From positions 12,648,001 to 12,712,000 of the forward strand of contig NC_043017.1 of the NCBI RefSeq assembly GCF_006345805.1: a stretch of DNA of 64,000 bases, read 5' to 3'. The notes beneath the pieces were generated by a model. The model did no database searches. It was not told the DNA's origin and saw nothing but the letters and a program-made list of their open reading frames with translations. Numbering within the stretch: the stretch's first letter is position 1; each line of letters starts with the position of its first letter. This document shows, in pieces, positions 26,434 through 38,275 of this stretch. The position numbers were made by a program, and so were the translations under genes. The stretch is from Octopus sinensis (lineage: Eukaryota).

Positions 26434-26828
26434 TCTTTACTCTTTTACTTGTTTCAGTCATTTGACTGCAGCCATGCTGGAGCACCGCCTTTAGTCGAGC
26501 AAATCGACCCCGGGACTTATTCTTTGTAAGCCCAGTACTTATTCTATCGGTCTCTTTGGCCGAACCGCTAAGTGACGGGGACGTAAATACACCAGCATCG
26601 GTTGTCAAGCAATGCTAGGGGGACAAACACAGACACACAAACACGCATACATACATATATATATACGACAGGCTTCTTTCAGTTTCCGTCTACCAAATCC
26701 ACTCACAAGGCATTGGTCGGCCCGGGGCTATAGCAGAAGACACTTGCCCAAGATGCCACGCAGTGGGACTGAACCCGGAACCATGTGGTTGGTTAGCAAG
26801 CTACTTACCACACAGCCACTCCTGCGCC
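26434..26828 (-). mobile_element. SINE family A young full-length copy
   Basis: Carries young-subfamily diagnostics (ccccgggccgaccaatgcc, ctagcattgc). Confidence 0.9.
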
Positions 26829-27009
26829 TCCATATATATATATATATATATATATATACGTACACATATACATATCTATATACACATATACACACACGTA
26901 ATTTTGATTTCAATTGACAGGAGTTACAAAGTGACTCAGTAGTCTCAAGTTTCGTAATCGATAAAGTCTGTGCAGAAACTTATTGGGCCTTGTGTCCCTT
27001 TGTCACTTC

Positions 27010-27344
27010 ATCATCATCATCGTTTAATGTCTCCCTTCCATGCTGGCATGGATGGAATGGTTTCACAAGAGCCGGCCAGGCAGAAGCCTGCACCAGACTT
27101 CTGTGACTGTTTTGGCAGGAATTTTACAGCAGGATGCCCCTCCTAACACCAATAACTCACCAGTTAAATACAATATTAATATACATATGGCTGTGTGGTA
27201 AGTAGCTTGCTTACCAACCACATGGTTCTGGGTTCAGTCCCACTGCATGGCACCTTGGGCAAGTGTCTTCTACTATAGCTTCGGGCTGACCAAAGCCTTG
27301 TGAGTGGATTTGGTAGACAGAAACTGAAAGAAGCCTGTCGTATA

Positions 27345-27386
<42 letters not shown>

Positions 27387-27403
27387 AAAATTGAGGGCTA
27401 CCA

Positions 27404-27441
<38 letters not shown>

Positions 27442-27530
27442 TGTATGTAAGTGTGTGTGTATATATGTTTGTGTGTCTGTGTTTGTCCCCACCAACATCA
27501 CTTGACAACCGATGCTGGTGTGTTTATGTC
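27010..27530 (+). mobile_element. Family D fragment (27010-27160) followed by 3'-truncated SINE family A (27186-27530)
   Basis: Motif matches to other copies in this window. Confidence 0.8.
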
Positions 27531-27834
27531 ACACAAAGGTAATAATACAGTATTCGGTGTTCTAATGAGACATCCATGTTACTCTGGGTAAAACAAAATT
27601 TTTCACCTCCAGAAAATCGTAATTTCCATATTTTTAAAAGTGGGATCTTTCCCTTCCTCTTCCCATGCATTCTCTAATATACACCATTCCACTGTTAAAA
27701 GACTAAAATGTGTGATGAGAGAAATTTAGTAGTTGTTTCTAGCAACCCAAGAAACTCCACAGAGGCCAGCTTGGGAAAGCGTGCAAAGTTTTGTTGTTAT
27801 TTTTAGTTTTGTTGTTGGCCTTTTTTAATTATAG

Positions 27835-27941
27835 GCTTGTGCGGAGGAAGGGGGCGGTGTCCTAGATGGAGCAATATATAGCGTTTCTGGATCCAAAATA
27901 CCTCTGCTCTTGACAAGCACAACGAAAAATTACATCAGATG
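27835..27941 (+). CDS. Candidate 107-nt exon (ACAEEGGGVLDGAIYSVSGSKIPLLLTSTTKNYIR), product unidentified
   Basis: Pyrimidine-rich acceptor ttttttaattatag, ATG|GTAATC donor, one open frame, higher GC than flanks. Confidence 0.25.
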
Positions 27942-28399
27942 GTAATCAGACTCACACGCACACTGGAATTCTTGGTAAATATAATTCTGAGGTTATGGAA
28001 TTCGGTGTGTGTGTGGTGTGTGTGTGTGTGTGTGTGTGACGGAATTTCATTGGCCGTTCATAACTCAAAAGAAATTCTTCAAAAAGAATACCAACCATCC
28101 AAATAACGATAAATAAAAGTAAAAATAAAACACCTTTCTGACTTATTATTATGATTAAACAAAGAAAAAATATTTAATAGTAAAAAATACACACACATAA
28201 ATTAAAAAGAATAAACAGCAACATCCGATGTAAAAAAAAAAAAAAAAAAAAGGTAAAAATAGTAAATGTTTCAAGAATGGTTTGTATTCATGTTGCAGAT
28301 AATTCCAGACAGTATGAGAGATTTATGGCGAAGTGGCAGTAGTAATCATCGTAAAACTTTAAATTCCTGCAAACACTTTATAACCACTTACGAAGGCTA

Positions 28400-28700
28400 G
28401 ATGATCGAAACTCCAGGGTTATGGAAAGGAGACAACCTTCAAAGAAATCCGGAGTGGAGCCCCAAAGGCGGTCTAGTGTTCGACTCGACACTCTTCCGGC
28501 AGCTCCTGCAACCAAGCTGGTGCCAAACGTAATGCACTGCACTCCACTGGACTACATCAGCAAGGTCGAGAGAGGAATCATGACGATTGGGCTACCCAGG
28601 ACTTTCTTACCTATAGCCCAGGCCTGCGCAAAACTGGAGAGGACACTTCAGTGCTGCTGTAAAAAGCTGCAGAAACAACATGGGAGGTAACAGTCACGAG
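28400..28700 (+). mobile_element. Possible RTE-clade LINE 5' region remnant
   Basis: GC-richer segment with ggcagctcctgcaaccaagctggtgccaaacgta, which I recall from RTE 5' regions; not verified. Confidence 0.3.
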
Positions 28701-28740
28701 TGATAAGTCCAATACAGTCTCCAACTAAAAAAAAAGTATA

Positions 28741-28911
28741 GGCGCAGGAGTGGCTGCATGGTAAGTAGCTTGCTAACCAGCCACATGATTCCGGGTTCAG
28801 TCCCACTGCGTGGCCTCTTGGGCAAGTGTCATCTGCTATAGCCCCGGGCCGACCAATGCCTTGTGAGTGGATTTGGTAGACGGAAACTGAAAGAAGCCTG
28901 TCGTATATATG

Positions 28912-28942
<31 letters not shown>

Positions 28943-29156
28943 ATGTGTTTGTGTATCTGTGTTTGTCCCCCTAGCATTGCTTGACAACCGATGCTGGTGT
29001 GTTTACGTCCCCGTCACCTAGCGGTTCGGCAAAAGAAACCGATAGAATAAGTACTGGGCTTACAAAGAATAAGTCCCGGGGTCGATTTGCTCGACTAAAG
29101 GTGGTGCTCCAGCATGGCCGCAGTCAATTGACTGAAACAAGTAAAAGAGTAAAGAG
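28741..29156 (+). mobile_element. SINE family A young full-length copy
   Basis: ggcgcaggagtggctg..gtaaaagagtaaagag. Confidence 0.92.
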
Positions 29157-29244
29157 TACGTACTCCACAAAAAAAAAATTTTGAATAATTCTTCAGTTTA
29201 ATGTTAAATTGTTCTTATTTTAACTTGACATAAACATTAATATA

Positions 29245-29490
29245 CAGGCGTGGCTGTGTGGTAAGAAACTTACTTCCCAACCACATGGTTCCGGGTTCAG
29301 TCCCACTGCATGGCACCTTGGGCAAGTGTCTTCTACCATAGCCTCGGGCCGACCAAAGCCTTGTGAGTGGATTTGGTAGACGGAAACTGAAAGTAGCCCG
29401 TCGTATACTGGGGTCGGTTCATTCGACTAACATTCTCCAAGGTGGTGCCCCATCTTGGCCGCAATCTAATGACTGAAACTAGTAAATGGT
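29245..29490 (+). mobile_element. SINE family A head with variant short tail
   Basis: Head matches; tail ggtggtgccccatcttggccgcaatctaatgactgaaac. Confidence 0.75.
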
Positions 29491-29745
29491 AAAAAGTGTG
29501 AGTGTGTGTGTGTGTTTACTTAGCGCATCTGTACGCAGGTACGAGCGATGCAAGGGGTAAGCGTTATTGATGGTTTGTGACAGCGAGTACCTTACATTAA
29601 GTCCTTCAAATTTCACGTTCCCGATCATCATCATCATCGAATATCACTATATAGATTTATATATGCGTGTGCACATGCACACTCACACACACATATAGCG
29701 TGTACTGCATCTTGTATAGAGTGGGAGTTTGGTAAGTGCTACGGA

Positions 29746-30165
29746 GGATCTTTTCGGTTTGAACGGCAGTTTTTAACATAATTTCTAGGTAACTAAAAAA
29801 TTTTAAAACTTCGTATACTGGTAGAATGTGTTTATAAAACATCTTTCTCTTTTGGCTTTATTGAGAAAATTCTATGGTTTGTAAGATATTTGTTGTTTTT
29901 TTTCTTCAATTTTTGCAATTTCAACCAATCAATGACGTTTATTGAGGTAAAAAAAAAATCATTCTGTGCCGTTTGAATATGTCCCTCGTTTAAGAAACAG
30001 ATTGGGTTTATTTACATTTGTGAAGAAAAAAAGATACTCTTCCCCCCCTCAACCCTAATCCTAAAACAGATTGAAATGCAATAGATCGATTCTAGGTTCA
30101 TAATTATGGGTGACAATTTCATATGACACCGCTAAAAAAAACTGCCGTTCAAACCGAAAAGATCC
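29746..30165. mobile_element. MITE with 28-bp TIR (GGATCTTTTCGGTTTGAACGGCAGTTTT) and 8-bp TSD GCTACGGA; Merlin-like
   Basis: TIR pair and TSD (29738-29745 and 30166-30173) seen directly; second copy at 35024. Confidence 0.88.
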
Positions 30166-31606
30166 GCTACGGACGAAACTCACGGCTTTTGAATCACTTA
30201 TGAAACAGATTGAAATGCAATAGATCGATTCTAGGTTCATAATTATGGGTGACAATTTCATATGACACCGCTAGAAAAAAACTGCCGTTCAAACCGAAAA
30301 GATCCGCTACGGACGAAACTCACGGCTTTTGAATCACTTATGAAACAGATTGAAATGCAATAGATCGATTCTAGGTTCATAATTATGGGTGACAATTTCA
30401 TATGACACCGCTAAAAAAAACTGCCGTTCAAACCGAAAAGATCCGCTACGGACGAAACTCACGGCTTTAGAATCACTTATGAAACAGATTGAAATGCAAT
30501 AGATCGATTCTAGGTTCATAATTATGGGTGACAATTTCATATGACACCGCTAAAAAAAACTGCCGTTCAAACCGAAAAGATCCGCAACGGACGAAACTCA
30601 CGGCTTTTGAATCACTTATGAAACAGATTGAAATGCAATAGATCGATTCTAGGTTCATAATTATGGGTGACAATTTCATATACACCGCTAAAAAAACTCT
30701 GCCGTTCAAACCGAAAAGATCCGCAACGGACGAAACTCACGGCTTTTGAATCACTTATGAAACAGATTGAAATGCAATAGATCGATTCTAGGGTCATAAT
30801 TATGGGTGACAATTTCATATGACACCGCTAAAAAAAACTGCCGTTCAAACCGAAAAGATCCGCAACGGACGAAACTCACGGCTTTTGAATCACTTATGAA
30901 ACAGATTGAAATGCAATAGATCGATTCTAGGGTCATAATTATGGGTGACAATTTCATATGACACCGCTAAAAAAACCGCTAAAAAAAACTGCCGTTCAAA
31001 CCGAAAAGATCCGCAACGGACGAAACTCACGGCTTTTGAATCACTTATGAAACAGATTGAAATGCAATAGATCGATTCTAGGGTCATAATTATGGGTGAC
31101 AATTTCATATGACACCGCTAAAAAAAACTGCCGTTCAAAAACCGAAAAGATCCGCAACGGACGAAACTCACGGCTTTTGAATCACTTATGAACAGATTGA
31201 ATGCAATAGATCGATTCTAGGTCATAATTATGGGTGACAATTTCATATGACACCGCTAAAAAAACACTGCCGTTCAAACGAAAAGATCCGCTACGGACGA
31301 AACTCACGGCTTTTGAATCACTTATGAAACAGATTGAAATGCAATAGATCGATTCTAGGGTCATAATTATGGGTGACAATTTCATATGACACCGCTAAAA
31401 AAAACTGCCGTTCAAACCGAAAAGATCCGCAACGGACGAAACTCACGGCTTTTGAATCACTTATGAAACAGATTGAAATGCAATAGATCGATTCTAGGGT
31501 CATAATTATGGGTGACAATTTCATATGACACCGCTAAAAAAAACTGCCGTTCAAACCGAAAAGATCCGCTACGGACGAAACTCACGGCTTTTGAATCACT
31601 TATGAA
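30064..31606. repeat. 139-bp tandem array, 11 units, composed of MITE right end, TSD and ~33 bp host flank
   Basis: Unit gaaacagattgaaatgcaatagatcg..aaaagatcc-gctacgga-cgaaactcacggcttttgaatcacttat. Confidence 0.95.
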
Positions 31607-32023
31607 CTATTAAAGTGTGTCTGTGTGTGTGTGGGGGGGGGATATAAGCTGAAGTATACACACATTTTATTAGATGTATAAATATCTAAAAGATGCAGTG
31701 CTGGGGACTCACATGGAGAATCTACTAATCTAATCTAACAGGCCTTCTCTCTATCTCTCTTTCTGGCCCTTATAGCAACCAATATGGGAGGTCCATCTGT
31801 CAGTTTGCTCTCTCCCGATGCAAGCCAAGTTTTATAATAATAACATAAGTATTTGGAACAAGATCTGAGATAGCTCAGCTTTTAACAAACCAGTCCAAAG
31901 AGGAAAAGGGAAATTGTGAAAAAGAAAAACAAAAGACCTGGCCTAAGAAGCATCACTGCGAATTAATAAACGATAATTCTTTTTAAAGTTTTCTGCTATT
32001 ATTTCTTAAATATTTCATCAACG

Positions 32024-32457
32024 GGCGATCTTTCGTCTCTAGTAGACCTTTCCGTCGATTTCCGTAAAAAAAAATTTTTTTTTTTTACATATGGGCTTGC
32101 GGGAACTTTTGAAGTAATATACATACATATACACATACACCGAGTAAAAAATTTCAATTATCTCTTTCTTTCACACATTACTCTGTCTCTTCACACACAC
32201 TAACAGAAGCACTTCACTTACACAACATACTGCCGTCTCCCTCCCAAACCCATCAAACAAACACACACACACACACACACGTACATCAATGCTTCCCCTG
32301 ACGGTAACTTCAAAAGAACTTCCCTCGTCATACAATCGCTTTCTCTTAGTCTCTTTCGCTCTCATTACTTCAAAAGTTCCCGCAAGCCCATATGTAAAAA
32401 AAAAAAAATTTTTTTACGGAAATCGACGGAAAGGTCTACTAGAGACGAAAGATTGCC
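32024..32457. mobile_element. MITE with ~95-bp near-perfect TIRs, GG..CC ends, 8-bp TSD CATCAACG
   Basis: ggcgatctttcgtctctagtagacctttccgtcg..gaagtaat mirrored by attacttc..gagacgaaagattgcc; TSD 32016-32023 and 32458-32465. Confidence 0.88.
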
Positions 32458-32569
32458 CATCAACGGAGAAAGGGGTTGTTGGTTCCCAGTACCGAAAACA
32501 AGGGTTTTTTTGCATTGGAAATTCGACATCAGCGAAATTTTTAAAACATAAACAATGAATAGAAGAGAA

Positions 32570-32770
32570 ATAATTAATTTTAAAAAAAACAAAAAAACAG
32601 CCATATTTAGCGCCAAACTGATCACATGATCAGCATAAACAAGTAATAGTATGAGAAGAGACTGTATAGTGTGTGTGCGTGCGCGTGCGGTTGCATAGGA
32701 GATATCTCCCGCCATAAATTTTTCTCCGTTCGCTACATTGGATCAGTAGATGTTGCGCATCTGCGTGTAA
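32570..32770. promoter_or_regulatory. Candidate promoter-like CpG-richer segment
   Basis: ccgccat and agccatattt (YY1-like), tgatcacatgatca (E-box palindrome), ttgcgcatctgcg (NRF1-like) within 200 bp. Confidence 0.3.
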
Positions 32771-32829
32771 ATATATATATACATATATTTATATATGTAT
32801 ATATCCCATTCTACTCATAGCAACGATTA

Positions 32830-32985
32830 TACCTATTTCTTTATTACCCACAAGGGGACAAACAAGGACAGACAGGTTATTAAGTCGATTACATCGACCC
32901 CCCCCCAGTGCGTAACTGGTCCTTAATTTATCGATCCCCGAAAGGATGAAAGGCAAAGTCGACCTCGGCGGAATTTGAACTCGTG
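32830..32985 (-). mobile_element. SINE family B 3' part
   Basis: Core and tail match. Confidence 0.8.
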
Positions 32986-33121
32986 TATATTGTGTGTGTG
33001 TGTGCTAAGTGCCAATACACGAAACTCTCGGCACTTGAGTCACTAACATTTATTTGTCAATTAATAACAAAAATGTAGATACTCGTATTTGAGTTCCATT
33101 TTCCTATATCTGAGTGCGCAC

Positions 33122-33183
<62 letters not shown>

Positions 33184-33237
33184 GTATATAAAAAAATACA
33201 AACTGGGACATATATACGTGCGCACTCACATATATAA

Positions 33238-33503
33238 GGTACTACTTGAGAACAGTAGTCCCGGTGCGCGCACTCGCGTACTCACGCATCCGCGCTAGCT
33301 AGTCATGACTAGTCGATCCTTTGTGTTTTTGTGTGTTATTTACTTTGTGTAAAAAATGTGTTTTATTTACTTTGTGTAAAAAAATTTATTTATTTTGTGT
33401 TTTATTTACTTTGCTAGGTAGTCGTTGTAGAATCGACTAGTCACGACTAGCTTGCGCGACCGTGCGAGTGCGCGCACCGGGACCACTGTTCTCATGTAGT
33501 ACC
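33238..33503. mobile_element. MITE with ~75-bp CpG-rich TIRs, GG..CC ends, 9-bp TSD CATATATAA (Mutator- or Merlin-like)
   Basis: ggtactacttgagaacagtagtcccggtgcgcgcactcgc.. mirrored by ..gcgagtgcgcgcaccgggaccactgttctcatgtagtacc; TSD 33229-33237 and 33504-33512. Confidence 0.88.
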
Positions 33504-34184
33504 CATATATAAATAAATACATAACGGCTCTGCTCTCAGTAGTACAATTATATATATATATATATATAAACGCATGCTGAGAGCAGAGTAAAGTGTGTAC
33601 TAGTGAGCTTACTACACACACTAACACCAACAACAACCACAAATAAGAAAACGATAACAATGTGGTGATGAAAGACTGTTTTTTTTTTTTTCTTTTTTTT
33701 TTCCTTTGCATTACAAAATGATTCATTCTTCCCTTGACCCATTTTAACAGACGAAGGAGAAGAATGAAGATGATAAAAGATACGAGAAAGATGATAGTTT
33801 GAGTTGAAAACAAATACATACCGTTTATTATTATTACTATTATTATTTTCCCTACAAACACTACCGAATGACTTGAACAAATAATCGAATATAAGGAAAG
33901 AAAAAAAATTTTTTTAAGGGGAGGATGGTAACAGTTATTGAGCCATAACTACAGTTTGAGGCCCCATCACAGATTTGTACTTCAAAGTGCATATCTTTTA
34001 ATGAAATCTTGCTGAGATACGCTTTCGATGATTTAGTAGATTTACAGTTACAATATACTAATTTACTCTTCTTTTTTTCTAGATTCAGTCACTAGATTGT
34101 GACTATGCTGGGACGCCGTTCTGTAGGGTTTCGTTGAAGAAAATGACCCCAGTAACTTATTTTAAATTTGGTGCATATTATACC

Positions 34185-34690
34185 CATTTCTTTATTACCC
34201 ACAAGGGGCTAAACATAGAAGGGACAAACAAGGACAGACATAGGTATTAAGTCGATTACATCGACCCCAGTGCGTAACTGGTACTTAATTTATCGACCCC
34301 GAAAGGATGAAAGGTAAAGTCGACCTCGGCGGAATTTGAACTCACAACGTAACGGCAGACGAAATACCGCTAAGCATTTCGCCCGGCGTGCTAACGATTC
34401 TGCCAGATACCGGATCTCCTTTCGGCGAACAGCTACGTTACTGGGACATAAACCAACAACGGTTGTCAAGCGATGGGTGGGGGGAACAAACACAAAATCA
34501 CTAAACATATATACGATGGACTTCCACACAGCTCCCCGTCTACAAAAATTCACTCACAAGGCAATATGACATTGGTCGGCCTGGAGTTGAAGCAGAAGAC
34601 ATTTTGCCCAAGGTGCAGCACAGTGAAACTGAACTCGGAAGCACGTGATTTCAAAGCGAGCTTCGTAACTACAAAGCCCATGCCTGCTCT
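34185..34690 (-). mobile_element. SINE family B (34185-34410) next to a diverged family A piece (34430-34690)
   Basis: Motif matches. Confidence 0.8.
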
Positions 34691-34940
34691 GCCAGTGGAA
34701 CGTCTCAGATTTGTCAGAGGACGAATATATAATATAATATAATATAATATAAAGACCGAATAAGGCTAAGAAACATTGCACTCTTCAAATTACTGAACAG
34801 TGAATTGTGATATTTTAAATGTTATATTTTACAGATTACGAAGAGATTAAGGTGGAGTCTATTTGCTTGTTTGTTGGAGTTTTATTTTTATTTTTTTGTC
34901 ATTGGAGTGAGAGCGGGGTTTAACTGTAAATAAAGTACAG

Positions 34941-34973
<33 letters not shown>

Positions 34974-35023
34974 GAGTAGTAGACAAAAGTTTGGAACATA
35001 TGTCTGAAAATTAGAATTTTTAT

Positions 35024-35414
35024 GGATCTTTTCGGTTTGAACGGCAGTTTTTAACATAATTTCTAGGTAACTAAAAAAATTTTAAACTTCGTATACTGGT
35101 AGAATGTGTTTATAAAACATCTTTTTCTCTTGGCTTTATTGAGAAAATTCTATAGTTTGTAAGATATTTGTTGTTTTCTTTTTCTTCAATTTCTGCAATT
35201 TCAACCAATCAGTGACGTCCATTGAGGTAAAAAACATTCTGTGTCGTATAAATATGTCCCTCGTTTAAGAAACAGATTGGGTTTATTTACATTTGTGAAG
35301 AAAAAAAGATACTCTTCCCCTAACCCTAACAGAGATTGAAATGCAATAGATCGATTCTAGGGTCATAATTATGGGTGACCCTAAAAGAAACTACTGTTCA
35401 AACTGAAAAGATCC
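35024..35414. mobile_element. Second copy of the GGATC-TIR MITE with 8-bp TSD ATTTTTAT
   Basis: Collinear with 29746-30165, small internal deletion; TSD 35016-35023 and 35415-35422. Confidence 0.88.
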
Positions 35415-35436
35415 ATTTTTATTTATATAAATGCAA

Positions 35437-36272
35437 ATCTCATCTTCCTCCTCCTAACCCCTATCTCCGCGCCTGAGATTATAGTAGAAGACGCTTGCCC
35501 AATGTGCCATGCAGTGGGACTGAACCCGGAACCATGTGACTGGGATGATTCACTTAAAAAATTCCCACATAGAGCAAATATTAAATGAAATGTTTCCCCC
35601 TCCTAGCTCCAGGTGCCCTTATCCACCCACCCACCGCATCTCATATTCCTCCTCCTAACCCCTATCTCCACACCTGAGATTATAGTAGAAGACACTTGCC
35701 TAATGTGCCATGCAGTGGGACTGAACCTGGAACCATGTGACCAGGATCATTCGCGTAAAAAATCCCCACATAGGGCGAATATTAAATGAAATATTTCCCC
35801 CTCCTAGCTCCAGGTGCCCTTATCCACCCACCCACCACATCTCATATTCCTCCTCCTAACCCCTATCTCCGCGCCTGAGGCTATAGTAGAAGACACTTGC
35901 CCAATGTGCCATGCAGTGGGACTGAACCCGGAACCATGTGGCTGGGATCATTCGCGCAAAAAAAACCCACATAGAGCAAATATTAAATGAAATATTCCCC
36001 CTCCTAGCTCCAGGTGCCCTTATCCACCCACCCACCCACCACATCTCATATTCCTCCTCCTAACCCCTATCTCCGCGCCTGAGGCTATAGTAGAAGACAC
36101 TTGCCCAATGTGCCATGCAGTGGGACTGAACCCGGAACCATGTGGCTGGGATCATTCGCGCAAAAAAAACCCACATAGAGCAAATATTAAATGAAATATT
36201 TCCCCCCTCCTAGCTCCAGGTGCTCTTATCCACCCACCCACCACATCTCATATTCCTCCTTCTCCTAACCCC
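35437..36272. repeat. ~201-205 bp tandem array, about 4 units, each containing a SINE family A head fragment
   Basis: ctcctaaccc anchor at 35451, 35652, 35853, 36057, 36262; unit includes atagtagaagacacttgcccaatgtgccatgcagtgggactgaacccggaaccatgtg. Confidence 0.92.
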
Positions 36273-36929
36273 CCATCTCTGCATCCACACTCACATTCTT
36301 CCACCTTACATTAGCACTGCAACAAAAGTATTAAAAAAAAAAAATAAAAAAAATGTGAAAAGCTTTAGCGAAGAAACACGAGATGATATCAACAAGTTCC
36401 TGACTTGTACAACTTGGGTAAATAAATCAGCAAAACAGAAGAAAGATAACAGAGAACAACTTGCAAAACAAATACACAATACACATATATATATACACAC
36501 ACAAACACACACACAACTGCATGTATATATTCATATGCATATAAATACACACACATACGCAAATGCTGGAATCTCAGAGCAGCATGTAACCGCAGACACT
36601 GCTATTGTATCTGATTATATTGAATATACAACTGGTACAACAAACAAGATTGGGAAACTCACATGCAACAAGTAAACATTACTAAACATCAGAAATCTTC
36701 TTCTTCATCATCTCCCGCCTCCCATTCCTCCTCCTAGAAACACCAAACCACATTGCCCCCAAGTGGTTTTTTTATCGGAAAAGTTTATTTTAATCATCCA
36801 AGCAGAATCACAAACACTGAGACACTAGAACAGCAAAAACCTCGTCCTTGAAGTACTAATGTACTTGCTACAGATATGAGCAAATACTGGTATTTACTTC
36901 TGCCAGGACAGTGGTTTGACAGAATGGTA

Positions 36930-37185
36930 GTGTGGCAGGACAAAATGACAGTGAACTTACAGAACTGACAGTGGCAGGACAAATTGACAGTGAACTTACA
37001 GAACTGACAGTGGCAGGACAAATTGGCACTGAACTTACAGAACTGACAGTGGCAGGACAAATTGGCAGTGAACTTACAGAACTGACAGTGGCAGGACAAA
37101 TTGACAGTGAACTGACTATATTGACAGTAGCAGGACAAAGTGACAGCAGATGGACAGAATTGACAGTGGCAGCACAAATTGACAA
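36930..37185. repeat. 39-bp minisatellite (gtggcaggacaaattgacagtgaacttacagaactgaca) x about 6
   Basis: 13-aa periodicity in overlapping ORFs on both strands. Confidence 0.9.
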
Positions 37186-37348
37186 AACTGATAGAATGGT
37201 GGGCCAGAATAACAGTGGAAATGACAGAAGTGAAACAAAATGACACTAATGGTTACATTGCATTTGGTAACTAATGGTTAGTGGTTATATTGAAGCCAGG
37301 CCCCAAATGCAACATCTGCTACAGGAATTGAAACCATGATCTTACAAT

Positions 37349-38275
37349 CATGGCTTAGTGGTTAGGGTACTGGACTCATGATCATAAGATTGTAGTTTCG
37401 ATTCCTGGACCGGGTGATGCAGTGTTTTCGAGCAAAACACTGTTCTGGTCAACTCAGCTGGCAAAAATAAGAAATCCTGCAATGGGCTGGTGTCCTATCC
37501 AGGTGGACAACATATACACCATGGAAACCAGGAAAGTGGTCATTGTGAACCAGCATCACTCAAGAAGATAACTTTACTTTTTGCTTTAATCCTAAGTGCA
37601 ACACTTTAACCACTTGGCTACGTATTTAATGATTAGTGGTTGTATTGGAGCCATGCCCTAATACAATGGGGCCCTACGTATTGAAACACATAGTACTGGG
37701 CTCTTAGACCCATGAGGTCTCTGGGTAATGGCTTAGTATGCCCTTATTTTAAGACAGCAATGATCCTAAATGTGGAGGTTAATGGCTTGGTGGTTAGGGT
37801 GTTGGACTCATTCATGATTGTAAGATTGGTGTTTCAATTCCAGGACAGGGCAATGCATTGTGTTCTTGAGCAAAATACTTCATTTCAGGTTGCTCTGATC
37901 CACTCAGCTGGTAAGAATGAGTCATCTTGCAATGAACCAGCATCCCATCCAGGGAAGAATGTAACAGGTACTCCATCAGTTACAACAACAAGGGTTCAAG
38001 TTGATCCGATCAATGGAACAGCCAGCTCTTGAAATTAACATGCAAGTGGCTGAGCACTCCACAGACACATGTACCCTTAACGTAGTTCTCAGGGAGATTC
38101 AGCATGACACAGAGCATGATAAGGCTGGCCCTTTGAAATACAGGTACTACTCATTTTTGTCAGCTGAGTGGACTAGAGCAACGTGAAATAAATAAAGTGT
38201 CTTGTTCGAGGACAGAACACATTGCCTGGAATTGAACTCAAAACCTTACGATCATGAGCCACTAAGCCACACGCT
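37349..38275. mobile_element. Cluster of SINE family C copies (+ 37349-37580, + 37785-37960, - 37975-38275)
   Basis: Head and centre motif matches. Confidence 0.75.

Noticed and set aside
28615-28670. 56-nt minus-strand exon with AG|GTAAGA donor
   Set aside because: Lies inside a probable retroelement remnant, so the splice-like sites are likely fortuitous.
31140-31300. Divergent satellite units 8-9 as a distinct subfamily
   Set aside because: Differences are mostly homopolymer indels, compatible with long-read consensus error.
29990-31606. CRISPR-like array or repeated 68-aa ORFs (MKLSPII..)
   Set aside because: Units are contiguous with no unique spacers, there are no cas genes, and the context is eukaryotic; the ORFs are read-through of the satellite unit.
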